A stretch of DNA of 64,000 nucleotides from a bacterium. GTDB lineage: Bacteria; UBA8248. How positions within the stretch are numbered: position 1 is the stretch's first letter; each line of letters opens with the position of its first letter. Below, in pieces: positions 11,191 to 21,236 of the stretch. Location of the stretch: the NCBI GenBank assembly GCA_965213685.1, contig CBDBZY010000003.1, forward strand, positions 224,001 to 288,000. The letters run 5' to 3'. The translations under genes and the position numbers were made by a program. The notes beneath the pieces are model-generated. The model made no database searches. It was not told the DNA's origin and was given only the letters and a program-made list of their open reading frames with translations.

Positions 11191-11202
11191 GGAGGCTCGG
11201 CG

Positions 11203-11331
11203 GCCGCTGCCCTGTCCGACCGGTGGCGGACGCGCCCGGATATGGTGAGCCGCCCGGGCCGAGCTTCTCTCCTTTTTCTCGGAACTCCTCCGCAGCCGCT
11301 GCCCTGTCCGACCCGTGGCGGACGCGCCCGG
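11203..11331. repeat. Two 37-bp direct repeats (11203-11239, 11295-11331) around a 55-bp spacer
   Basis: GCCGCTGCCCTGTCCGACC(G/C)GTGGCGGACGCGCCCGG, 1 mismatch; internal palindrome GTCCG...CGGAC. Confidence 0.9.
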
Positions 11332-11386
11332 GCTCGAGGAGATTTCGTGGAGTTGAAAAGCGCCCTGGACAAAAGGAGATGATGGC

Positions 11387-12292
11387 ATGAGCCGTGTTGA
11401 CGAGACGGGGCAGACGGTGAGCGAACTCCGCAACCGCGAGGAGAGCGTGGAGGCTGCGGGCTATCGCTTCTACAATCGCTCGTGCCTGAGCATGCCGGAA
11501 TGCGCGGATGAGTCCATCGCACTCACGGTCACCTCTCCACCTTACTGGAACGCCATCGACTACGACATTCATACGAACCGGGGGAAAGGAGCGTGGCATC
11601 GGGAACGCGAATACGGGTCGTTCGGGAAAACCTTTGACGACTATCTCGTCCACGTTCAACAGGTATTCCGGGAAGTCCACAGGGCGACCCTGCCCGGCGG
11701 ATTCTGCGCCATCGTGGTGGGCACGATTCTGCACAAGGGCCGACACTATCCCGCGCCCATGCTGATTACGAGCCGCCTGCTAGACGTCGGATGGGACTTT
11801 CACCAGGACATCGTCTGGAACAAGGTGACGGGCGGCGTGAAGCGCGCAGGCTCCTTCATCCAGAACCCCAGGCCGGGATATTACTACCCGAACATCATGA
11901 CGGAATACATCCTGATATTTCGCAAGCCGGGCGAGCCGAGGCGAGGCGCCAAGCAGACGCTGGACATTGACGAACTCTTCAAGCGCGATATTGCGAACAA
12001 CGTATGGCACATCGCGCCTGTGCCCCCCAACGTCATAGACCACCCTTGTCCCTATCCCGAGGAACTGGTGCGCCGCCTGATCCTCCTCTACTCGCAAGAG
12101 GATGACGAGATTCTCGATCCGTTCCTCGGAAGCGGGCAGACGGCTATCGCGGCGTTGCGCGCGGGGAGGCGATGCGCAGGCTATGACATAGAAGCCGATT
12201 ATCTGAGGCTGGCGGAGAGTCGCATGCTGGAAGGCGGGTCCATCCGGAAATACAACCTTCTGCCTCGCTGGGAAAAGGTGGCGGCCAGATGA
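11387..12292 (+). CDS. Site-specific DNA methyltransferase (beta-class, N4-C/N6-A)
   Basis: Catalytic TSPPY near the N-terminus; HPCPYPEEL; C-terminal SAM motif ILDPFLGSG. Confidence 0.93.
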   Translation: MSRVDETGQTVSELRNREESVEAAGYRFYNRSCLSMPECADESIALTVTSPPYWNAIDYDIHTNRGKGAWHREREYGSFGKTFDDYLVHVQQVFREVHRATLPGGFCAIVVGTILHKGRHYPAPMLITSRLLDVGWDFHQDIVWNKVTGGVKRAGSFIQNPRPGYYYPNIMTEYILIFRKPGEPRRGAKQTLDIDELFKRDIANNVWHIAPVPPNVIDHPCPYPEELVRRLILLYSQEDDEILDPFLGSGQTAIAALRAGRRCAGYDIEADYLRLAESRMLEGGSIRKYNLLPRWEKVAAR

Positions 12293-12909
12293 GCGGCTAC
12301 GCGCGGGAAAGGGGCACCTTCGAGCGATTGCGGTCCGATTGTTCACCGCAGGCCAAGCGGGAGTATGAGCGGGCGTTTAATGCCCTCATGGAACGCTACA
12401 ACACCATGATCTATGAGAATCGCTTTATCACCGGCGGTGCGGTGAAAGTGTTCACCTGCGCGCTTCTCTGCTCCGTGGGAATTGATTGTACGCTGTATGG
12501 CGATCAGTCAAAGTCGGGCGATATTCTCCTGCCGAACGACCGCAAATTGTCCGTCAAGGGAACGTTCACCGGGGGGCCGAACGACGTAAAATTGATGAAC
12601 AAACTGGGGGAAGGGCACAGGGAATGGAACACCGCCACCTTGTTCGTCATCTCAGAGGTGGGCATCGTCTATGGGGCACCCGACATGGTTGACCCTGAAC
12701 ATGTCAAGGATGTGAAAGACGGCACGGCCCTCAAGAAAGTTGCGGTCGTGAATCTGATGCGGGACGCCTCCAACGTGTTCGAGATGGAACTCGCACGCAA
12801 ACCGCCCACTGAAATGACGGGTTTCAGTCATAAAGCCAGCACTGCGGTCGCGCGCCGGATTCTGCTTCAAACGCAATCGGTCGCTTTGCTCCAGACGCTT
12901 CCGGGATGA
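12289..12909 (+). CDS. Hypothetical protein, putative type II restriction endonuclease
   Basis: ATGA overlap with the MTase; GDILL...LSVK resembles a PD-(D/E)xK variant. Confidence 0.5.
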   Translation: MSGYARERGTFERLRSDCSPQAKREYERAFNALMERYNTMIYENRFITGGAVKVFTCALLCSVGIDCTLYGDQSKSGDILLPNDRKLSVKGTFTGGPNDVKLMNKLGEGHREWNTATLFVISEVGIVYGAPDMVDPEHVKDVKDGTALKKVAVVNLMRDASNVFEMELARKPPTEMTGFSHKASTAVARRILLQTQSVALLQTLPG

Positions 12910-12982
12910 TCCCCCCCTCCCCAGTGAGGTCGCTCTCCAACGCAAGCGTGTCCGTCTCTGTGGCGCTCGCACCCGCGCGTTC

Positions 12983-13945
12983 ATGGCTGCCTCGACGTCC
13001 GGCAGCGGCCGGCCGTGAGCTGGGGGAGCCCGGCAGGTAGCGCTCGCCCAGCTCGGCGGCGAGGCCGCGCAAGGCCGGTAGCAGGCCCTCCATGCCGCGC
13101 CCGTCGTCGTCGTAGCACAGCAGAAGCGCACCGTCTGCCCGCTCTTCGCTCACCTCTATGCAGGGGTCGCCGCCGATGCGGTGCGCATTGGCGTTGGCGA
13201 CATGCATGCAGGTCTCGGCGCGCGGCGCGCGGGATATGGCCGAACGCCAGGCAGCGGCCTTGGGCCGGGGCGCGATGGGGTCGCCCCGGCCCAGCACCTG
13301 CTCGGAGAAGGGGGTCCAGACCGCGTCCGCGAAGTCGCCGCCGAGGGTGGCCAATCCGGCCACGGCGTGCCAGAGCAGGAGGAAGCCGGCCAGCACCAGC
13401 ACGCCGCCGTTGAAGACGAAGAGCATGTCGCCGAGCACGGCGTGGCGGGCGACATCCACATCGCTCAGGAAGGAGAGCAGGTCGCGGGTGGCGTTGTCCG
13501 CGGTCGCGAATATGTCCGGGTCGATGGTCTGGGCGTCCGCAGCACCGGAGACCAGGCCGGAGGCGCCGAGGGAGAACTCCCGCCGGAGCGCGCGCGCACG
13601 CTTTGCCCCAGGCGCCGGGCGGCCTGGCGCATGTCGTGCAGGCAGCGGCCAAGCTCGGGCGCGAAGAGGAAGCGCAGGAGACGCATGCTCATCGGGGCGC
13701 CGCCCCGGGATCGGTGAGGTCCGGCAGGCGGCGCATCTCCTCGGTCGCGAGAGCCAGCCGCGCCGCCTCCATAGCGCCCCTGCGCTCGTCCATCCTGAAG
13801 CGCTCCCAGTCGAGCATGAGCGAGATGGAGGTCAGCATCGCCAGCTCGCGGAGCAGGTTGTCCGTGGACATTTCCTGCAACGCCACGAACCGGCCGGGAT
13901 CCTCGAAGCGGCGGATCGCCAGCAGCTCCAGCAGCGCGTAGCGGC
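12983..13945 (-). pseudogene. Relics of type IVB/IncI-type conjugation genes: TraW C-terminus, possible TraX start, internally deleted TraY/DotA N-terminus
   Basis: LLAIRRFEDP...LQEMSTDNLLRELAML (TraW-like); VLGDMLFVFNGGVLVLAGFLLLWHAV (DotA/TraY-like transmembrane segment); pieces are short and abut each other. Confidence 0.6.
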
Positions 13946-13974
13946 TGACCGGCGAATCGGGGTCGGGTGCGCGC

Positions 13975-14441
13975 GTCTGCGCCGCACCCCACGCTTTACC
14001 CCGCCCAATCTTCCCGGAGCGCCGCTCGCCGCCGTCGCCGAGACGGCCGTCTCCGCCTCCGCCGGTCCCGACGCCCTCGCCGAGGACAATGCCGCCGAGA
14101 CGGCACGCTGGTACCTGCCCGAGGCCATGCTTCGCCACGAGGGACGCACCGCGCCGGAAAACCTGCGCATCCTGGGCGCGCGCGGTGACTCGATGGAGCC
14201 TCTCATCGGCGAGGGCGACAGGATCGTCGTCGACCCTTCCTGCCGCACTCCCGTCACCGGCGAGATGGTCGTGCTGTGGGACGGCGGCGGCCTCGTGGTC
14301 AAGCGGGTCGGGAGGCTCCCCCGCTCAGAGCCTCCTGCGCTTCGACTGATCTCCGCAAACCCTGCGTACGAGCCCTACACATGCCTCGCCGACGAAGCCC
14401 ATATCGTCGGAAAAGTCGTCTGGACCATCAGGAGAGTCTGA
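13975..14441 (+). pseudogene. S24 peptidase domain of a CI/LexA-like repressor, HTH domain missing
   Basis: ARGDSMEP, GDRIVVD, LVVKRV, LISANPAY, IVGKVVW. Confidence 0.75.
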
Positions 14442-14516
14442 GCGGTGCCGGGGCGGTTCGGACAACTTTGGCAGCCACAGCAAGGTCAACTACAAGTTGA
14501 TCAACGATCTCGTCCA

Positions 14517-14593
14517 GGCAACGGCTCGCCGATCGCGAAGGAGGGTCTGAAGCGGATCGCGCAGCTCTACAAGATCGAGGACTTGTACCGCGG
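14517..14593 (+). mobile_element. IS66 TnpC fragment
   Basis: GSPIAKEGLKRIAQLYKIE. Confidence 0.6.
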
Positions 14594-14779
14594 CTCGGGC
14601 AGGAAGTCCGCCCGGCAGAGGTTCCGCCTTGAAATCCGGCAGACTCGGTCGGAACGGGAATCCGCCCTGCCGACAAAGCTCTCCATGGGCATCGACACGC
14701 CCCGGCCGGAGCGCCGGACACCGGCGAGTTGACGTGAACGGGCGCACTCGCTATCGTTGCGGAATTCTGCGCCGGCGTG

Positions 14780-14991
14780 GACGTTTCAGCGCCTGGAACC
14801 CGAGCGGATTGTCGGCGGCTCCTCTCGAAGCTGGCCGGTGATCGGCAACCGAAGCCGGAATGGCGACGGTGCGGGTTTTGCTATCCTTCGACCTGCCCGA
14901 GACTCGCCATGCGAACCTCGGGCCAGACAGGGAACTTGGGACGGTTGATGAGGTCGCTTTCGAGGGTGGCGAAGAGGCTCTCGGCCATCGC
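14780..14991 (-). mobile_element. IS3-family transposase C-terminal fragment (degenerate)
   Basis: AMAESLFATLESDL...EG*QNPHRRHSGFGCRSPASFE, with an internal stop. Confidence 0.75.
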
Positions 14992-15067
14992 CCCGCCGCG
15001 AGCTTCGTCGCCGGCGGTACACTGGAATGACACGACACAATGCGGCTACAAGCGTTGCCTGGATGCC

Positions 15068-17156
15068 ATGTCAGGTAACGAGGGGATGGACAACGGGGGG
15101 GGGGGGGCGGCCAGCCATTCCTCCCCCTGGGCCTGCTGTTGCTGGCGCTGTCGACCGTCTTCGTCTTCGGCGGCGACCGGGGTCATTTCTACCGGCCCGG
15201 CCACCACGACTGGGTGTCGTCGGAGCATCTTGCGGTTGCCGTGAACCTCTCTCCCGAGCACGGCTTTCTGATGTTCCAGAGGCAGGTTCCGAATCCGGGG
15301 GGGGGGGGGGGGGCACTACCGGCTACAAGCCATACAACCGCTTTCCGATGGGCGGTTACGCACTCCTGAAGCTGGCCACTCTGCCCTTCGGCGACGACCT
15401 GTCGGCGGCGATCCACGCCGCCAGAATGCTGATGCTGCTGTTCTTCGCCGCCGCCGCGGCTCTGGCGTACCTTGCGATGCTCAGGCTCATCGATTCCACA
15501 TCCAACCGGTGGATCGCCCTGACGGCCACGCTCCTGGCGTTCTCTTCGCCCTACAGCCTGTATTACAACGACATGATCCACCCCAAGACGGCCATGGATC
15601 TGTTCGGGATCATGTTGACCTTTCACGGCATGGTCGTCTTCGTCCAGGAGGGCCGCTTCCGGCAGTTGCTGGCCAAGGCCTGCGTGTCGCTGCTGCTGGG
15701 CTGGCACGTCTTCGCGTTGCTTCTGGCGTTCATCGCGCTCGGCGTGGTCAGCGAGCTTGTCCGTGTGCGTTCGGCCGGGCCCGATCACGTCAGCCGGAAG
15801 CACTTGACGGCTTCGGCCGCCGCGCCCCTTCCCGGTCGTTACCTGACGCTCGGCGCGGTGGCGTTGCTTGTCGGCGTGTCGATCCTGACCTTCAATTTTG
15901 CCAATGAATGGCGTGCACTGAACGGTAGTCCCACACTGACGGAATTGCCGTCCTTCCGGTCGATGCTGAGGCGCATCGGGGTGGATACGGCCTACTACTA
16001 CGGTGGCCTGGACTGGCCGTCATTCCTGAAGTCGGAGTTCTCGCGCATCGGCGGCGGTATCTCGCTTCCCTTCTCCGTGGCGAGTCGCGTGAATGATGCC
16101 GCGGCGATAAATCCGACCACGCAGTGGGGACCGCAGGGCGCCATCATCGGCGGCGTCATGTCCATAGCGTGCCTGGCGTCCCTGATCGGCCTGACGCTTG
16201 TCCGCCGGCTCCGCCATTGGCTCCTGCTGGCGACCCTGGTGCTGTCCGGCTTCTGCTGGTCGCTGCCCATGCGCTACAACGTTGCCTTCCACGACTACGA
16301 GAGTCTGTTCCATCTCGGTATTCCGCTGGTCCTGTTCTCGCTCGTTCTGCTGGGCGTACGCCGCTTGGCCGGCGGCCGCGCGATCATCGGTCTGGCCATC
16401 GCCGCGTTGCTGGTTTTCGTTTCTTCCGCCTACGAGATGGGCCGGATCGGTCACGACGCGGAGACGGCGGATTTCCAGGAAGCGCTCGTCGCCGACTTCG
16501 AAGTCATCCGGGAAATCACGGCGGACAGGAGCGTCGCCATCGCGATGCACTACAACTCCGCCAAGGCAGTCACCCGGTTCGCCGGCGCGCGCCACGCGCT
16601 GCACTACTATCTGTCCGGAAACCTCATTGCATACAGCGGCACTCTCGATGAGACCGACTTCCTGCTCACACGCGACCGCGCCGCGGGAGTCCCCACGCTC
16701 ACCCCGGACAACCGGGTGATGTTTCTGTACGACTCGGCCAGCCTGATCGAGGCGTTCTGGTCGGCGTACCAGTCGATTCGGTCCGGCAGACCCGCGGGGC
16801 GCTCGCGCTTCGACATGTATCTCCATCGTTCCGGCGGCACCGGCACCAACACCTTGTCCTACGTCAAGGAACCACCGTGTTCCTGGAGAGACGTAAGGGG
16901 ACCGTTCTTTCTGAACATCATGCCCGTCGATCCGGACGACCTTGCGGAAGACTTTGCGCAGCGCGGGTTCGAGTCCCGTAATTTCGACTTCTTCGACGAA
17001 TCCGGTCTCATATTCTCCCGCGTGTGCATGGTGACCGTCGATCTTCCCGATTACGAAATCGCCAGTATCACCACCGGTCAGTTGGCCCCTCGGCCCCTTT
17101 TTTCCGGCAAGGACGAGGACAGATCATGGGAGGCAAGTTTCAATCTCGGCGAGTGA
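15068..17156 (+). CDS. Polytopic membrane protein, GT-C (ArnT/PMT-like) candidate with a soluble C-terminal domain; out of frame at two poly-G tracts
   Basis: Many transmembrane segments; YNRFP and LAFSSPYSLYYNDM motifs; G13 (15095-15107) and G17 (15297-15313) each shift the frame. Confidence 0.65.
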
Positions 17157-17162
17157 CGGTGC

Positions 17163-17276
17163 CGGCCATCAAGGACGTCCGAGAAAAAAGATGACGCGAG
17201 CAGGCTCTCACGAAGCAGTTGGGGAGCAGACCGCATTTGTGCCAGCGGGGTGGGCTTAGTCGTAGTTCATGGAAGG
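17163..17276. repeat. 114-bp repeat, copy 1 (copy 2 at 21123-21236)
   Basis: CGGCCATCAAGGACGTCCGAG...CGTAGTTCATGGAAGG, 4 mismatches between copies. Confidence 0.9.
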
Positions 17277-17603
17277 GGAGTTGACCATTCAGTAGCATTG
17301 GCTCTTCTTTCAACCGCGCTTACCCATGCGGTTGATGAGGTAAGACGATACGCCTACGGTGGGATTGGCGCCTTTTTGACGGAGGAGCACAAAGAGCTGG
17401 TGCTACGTTGTGCCGCGGTGGCAGCGTATGAGCAGAGGCTGATTGAGAACTGTCGGAGAGAGGAAGAAGCTTTACCATACATGGAACGAACGAGAGAAGG
17501 CGAATTGGTGGAGCGCGCAAGGCCGGAGCTTAGAAGAGTAGTTGTGACGGGCGGGCTGAATAGCGTTAGGGAAATTGAGCTGTTAGACTTTGACGCTCCA
17601 TGA
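17250..17603 (+). pseudogene. Lower-GC gene fragment of unknown family
   Basis: Protein-like C-terminal segment whose start lies inside the 114-bp repeat; a C14 tract follows. Confidence 0.35.
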
Positions 17604-17946
17604 GCGGGACGGACGCACTCCCCCCCCCCCCCCGTCGCAGATGGCGTAGTAGACCGTCGTCTCCGGGGTGGTAACCACAGCCCAGGAGCGGATCGCGGGG
17701 TGGTGGGTCATGCCGAACGCCAACTCTGCGGGCTGGGCTACGCCGATGGACGCATCTACTTCGTCACCCCGAAGCCGAACTACGTCTACGCGCTCCCTCC
17801 AGCGCGCAACCGAGGCGAGCAGCCCTGAAGGCGGTGCTCTACTTCGACGCCCTGCGGCTGGTCCGATGACGCCACGCATTTCCGTCCCGCCCCGGCGTTC
17901 GAGGCCGGGGTGGGGGGAATGGAAAGATGACCGAGAGGAAGAGAGG

Positions 17947-19713
17947 ATGACCGGAAGTGCGCTAATAGGGACTATCGTCCGCATCGTCCGCCTGAGAGAA
18001 CGCTCCGCATTGCGCGGCTGCCTTCTTGCGATGCTCGCCCTCTGCGCGGTGGCTTTCTGGCTACGCACGGCGCACATCTCTGCGTCTCTACCCTATCCGC
18101 AGCATAGCGATGAACTAAATATAGCGAATAACGCGGCCAACATTCTGAGGACTGGGAATTATTATCCGACCAACTTCAACAAGCCGTCCCTCCCCATATA
18201 TCTTGCGACGGCGGCGATGGGAGTCGGGTTCATCAGCACCGCGCCCGAATTGGAGGTTGAAAGCAATCACCGTATCGACATAAGGAATGATCTTGGGAAA
18301 GTAGCTTATCCATTCTATACCCTTCCGGGCGTTGTTGAGAAAGCGCGGTGGCTGTTTGCGCTATTGTCGGTCGTGGCGATGGCGGCGGGTGGAGTCGTGG
18401 CCTGTCAACTGCTGGGTCGGCCCGGTGCTTTGATACTTGCGCCGCTCGTGCTTGCACTCTCCTCCTTCTTCTTTCGTATGTCCCATAGTTATCTGAATGT
18501 CGATATCGTCGGTACTTGTTTCGTCGCACTGGGCATGGCCGCAGTGCTGCAAGGCACCAGCCGCCCTTGCCCAACCCTACGCGGACTCGCTGTCAAGCCG
18601 TCAATCTGTGTCGGCTTGGCCGCCGGCTGCAAGTACACCCACGGCCTTCTTCTTTTTTCCGTCATGCTTGCAATCTGGCTGTTCATGGAGCGCGGTCGCC
18701 GGCTTCAAGCGACGGTCATCGCCATAACGACAGCCGGCCTGTCGTTCCTCGCTGTCGCTCCATACAGCGTAATCGCTCTGCCGGATTTTGTGAACGGACT
18801 CGCCAGACAAGCGCACCATTATGCCACCGGACATCCGGGTTATGAGTCCGACCCCGGACTGGACCAGCTCGTTTACTATGCGTCTTTCCTTATCTCGGAT
18901 TTCGGGGTCGCCGGCCTTGTTCTCTGTTTGATTGGTCTGATTTCCGCCACCTTATCGGACTGGCGCAGGACGCTTGTCCTCATCTCGTTCCCAGTGGCTT
19001 TGTTTGCTCTACTCGCAGCGCAACGAGTCCACTTCCTGCGCACTATACTGCCTGTCTTCCCATCGGTCGCAGTATTTATTACTTGCGGTATTTTCTTCCT
19101 TCATGGGCGGTTGATGCGCGTTCCCTGGATCCGCCGGATAGAGATTCGCGGGCTTCAAAGCGCAATTGGGGTGGTCGGTTTTCTGGGGCTCTTTGCACTC
19201 GGCTTGAACGCGCCGCTCGGCAAGTTCGCCGCACAAATGGAAGTCGCCGGCGAGAATCGCGTGCGAGCCGTGGCTTGGATAAAGAAGCATGTCTCTACGG
19301 ACGCGACTGTGATCGTCCCGGAGGAGCTCTATCTCGACACCCGGCCGCTGGCCTCCAGCGGCTATCCGATACGGGTAGTGGAATTCAAGGCGCTTGACAC
19401 GGCGCAGAGCATTGACTCGCTCATGACGAAGATTCCCGGGCCGGTGGTTGTGCTCGTTCCGCGGTGGGTTGCGGCGCGCCGGTTCTCGGATTCAGACGGC
19501 GCCCAAGACAGGGCGGCGGCCCTGAATGAAGCGTTGATGCGGGCGCAACTTGTGCCGTTGGCCGACTTTGGCCCCGAGCGTGGCGTGTTGCTCCATAGTC
19601 CCAGGTCGCGGCTCTATATCACTTGGGGGAACCCTGGGCGGAACCCCGGATTCAGCATCGCCAGGGTGCCGGGCCGGAAGGACGCACGGCGATGCGTGCC
19701 ACCTTGTCGATGA
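17947..19713 (+). CDS. ArnT/PMT-family (GT-C) lipid-carrier-dependent glycosyltransferase
   Basis: HSDE loop, FNKPSL, SHSYLNVD, GLAAGCKYT, multiple transmembrane segments. Confidence 0.85.
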   Translation: MTGSALIGTIVRIVRLRERSALRGCLLAMLALCAVAFWLRTAHISASLPYPQHSDELNIANNAANILRTGNYYPTNFNKPSLPIYLATAAMGVGFISTAPELEVESNHRIDIRNDLGKVAYPFYTLPGVVEKARWLFALLSVVAMAAGGVVACQLLGRPGALILAPLVLALSSFFFRMSHSYLNVDIVGTCFVALGMAAVLQGTSRPCPTLRGLAVKPSICVGLAAGCKYTHGLLLFSVMLAIWLFMERGRRLQATVIAITTAGLSFLAVAPYSVIALPDFVNGLARQAHHYATGHPGYESDPGLDQLVYYASFLISDFGVAGLVLCLIGLISATLSDWRRTLVLISFPVALFALLAAQRVHFLRTILPVFPSVAVFITCGIFFLHGRLMRVPWIRRIEIRGLQSAIGVVGFLGLFALGLNAPLGKFAAQMEVAGENRVRAVAWIKKHVSTDATVIVPEELYLDTRPLASSGYPIRVVEFKALDTAQSIDSLMTKIPGPVVVLVPRWVAARRFSDSDGAQDRAAALNEALMRAQLVPLADFGPERGVLLHSPRSRLYITWGNPGRNPGFSIARVPGRKDARRCVPPCR

Positions 19714-19932
19714 TCGACTGCGTCGTCGGGACCTTCTGGCGATGGTGCCGGACGCAGTGCCATCGCCCCGAGCTGCTGCCGAAGAGCCCGCTGGCGAAGC
19801 GAGCCATCGAACTCACTCCACGGATGTGGAAATCGCTGTTCGCCGACGTGCTATGCGCTCTGACCTCGGCCACCACGACCCGCCACTACACGGAGCTCGC
19901 TCCCACAACCACGGCTCAGAATGCCCGCTTAC
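19710..19932 (+). mobile_element. IS66 remnant with an internal deletion and right terminus
   Basis: ELLPKSPLAK fused to RAIELTPRMWK; ends in CGCTTAC, the reverse complement of the IS66 terminus GTAAGCG. Confidence 0.7.
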
Positions 19933-19993
19933 CCCTGGTGCTGGGTGTGCTGGGACAACTGTTGCTGCCCGTTGCGGTTCCAAAGGCTCTTCG

Positions 19994-20995
19994 ATGAACC
20001 AGGCAACCGTCTCTGTCGTCATCCCAGTCTACAATGAAGAAGACAACGTGATGCCGCTGGCGGAATCCCTGTTGGCGGCGCTCCGGGATTTCCCCCATCC
20101 TTGGGAAGTGATATTTGTCGACGACGGCAGTTCCGACCGGACCCGTGAAAAGCTGGATGAGGCCTTGCAGGCCATGCCCGGCTTTGCCAGCTTGGTGGAG
20201 CTGCAGCGCAATTTCGGCCAGACCGCCGCCACGCAGGCAGGCATGGACAAGGCTCGCGGAGAAATCCTGGTGACCCTGGACGGGGATCTGCAGAACGACC
20301 CCGCCGACATTCCTTCCATGGTGCAAAGACTGATCGACGAGGACCTGGACCTGCTGTCCGGCTGGCGCAGGGATCGTCAGGATGACTATCTCAGCAGAAA
20401 GCTGCCCTCGAGGCTTGCCAACTACCTGATTGACCGCTTGGCCGGCGTGCGCCTCAACGACTACGGGTGCCCCCTCAAGGTCTACCGGGGGGACATCATA
20501 AGGCATATCAGAGCCTACGGCGAGATGCACCGTTTCATTCCCGCGCTGGTGGCCATGCACACGAAAATATCGAGAATCAGGGAGCAGGTCGTCAGTCATC
20601 GCCCCCGGCGGTCGGGTCGCTCCAAGTACGGCATTTCGCGTACCTGGCGAGTGCTGCTCGACCTGCTGTCCGTGTATTTTTTCATGTCCTTTCGCAGCCG
20701 CCCCGCGCATTTCTTCGGGAGCATCGGCCTGGTGCTGGCCCTGCCCGGTGGTCTGATCCTGGGCTACCTGCTCTATGTGAAGACGATCCTGGGTGAAGAT
20801 ATAGGCGACAGGCCGTTGCTGCTGGTCGGGATACTCCTGGTGATCATGTCGGCCCAGTTCTTTTCCACGGGGATTCTCGGGGAATTCATCGCCCGCATCT
20901 ACCATGAGGCAACGGACACACCCACCTATACGGTCAGATCCCGAGGGTCGGTTTTCGCAACGACCTGGAAATGCAAGGGAAGCCCTGATTCATAG
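19994..20995 (+). CDS. GT2 polyprenol-phosphate glycosyltransferase (ArnC/GtrB-like)
   Basis: VVIPVYNEE, VDDGSSD, RNFGQTAA, DGDLQNDP, two C-terminal transmembrane segments. Confidence 0.92.
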   Translation: MNQATVSVVIPVYNEEDNVMPLAESLLAALRDFPHPWEVIFVDDGSSDRTREKLDEALQAMPGFASLVELQRNFGQTAATQAGMDKARGEILVTLDGDLQNDPADIPSMVQRLIDEDLDLLSGWRRDRQDDYLSRKLPSRLANYLIDRLAGVRLNDYGCPLKVYRGDIIRHIRAYGEMHRFIPALVAMHTKISRIREQVVSHRPRRSGRSKYGISRTWRVLLDLLSVYFFMSFRSRPAHFFGSIGLVLALPGGLILGYLLYVKTILGEDIGDRPLLLVGILLVIMSAQFFSTGILGEFIARIYHEATDTPTYTVRSRGSVFATTWKCKGSPDS

Positions 20996-21122
20996 CAGGG
21001 CTGATTTGTTCTCTCGACCGTGTCCAATGAATTCAAGGAGCTATGTCGATCGCGGACCTCTTCGCCCGAAGTCGTCGTCAACCGAGGAAAGAGCCCCCGC
21101 ATCAAGGAGCCACGCCGCCCGG

Positions 21123-21236
21123 CGGCCATCAAGGACGTCCGAGAAAAAAGATGACGTGAGCAGGCTCTCACGAAGCGGTTGGGGAGCAGACCGCATTTGT
21201 GCCAGCGTAGTGGGCTTAGTCGTAGTTCATGGAAGG
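21123..21236. repeat. 114-bp repeat, copy 2, directly abutting the right 61-bp island repeat
   Basis: Offset 3960 bp from copy 1. Confidence 0.9.

Noticed and set aside
17620-17633. Poly-C tracts (C14 here, C15 at 21302) as phase-variation switches
   Set aside because: They are intergenic, at junctions of relic DNA, with no identifiable gene or promoter to switch.
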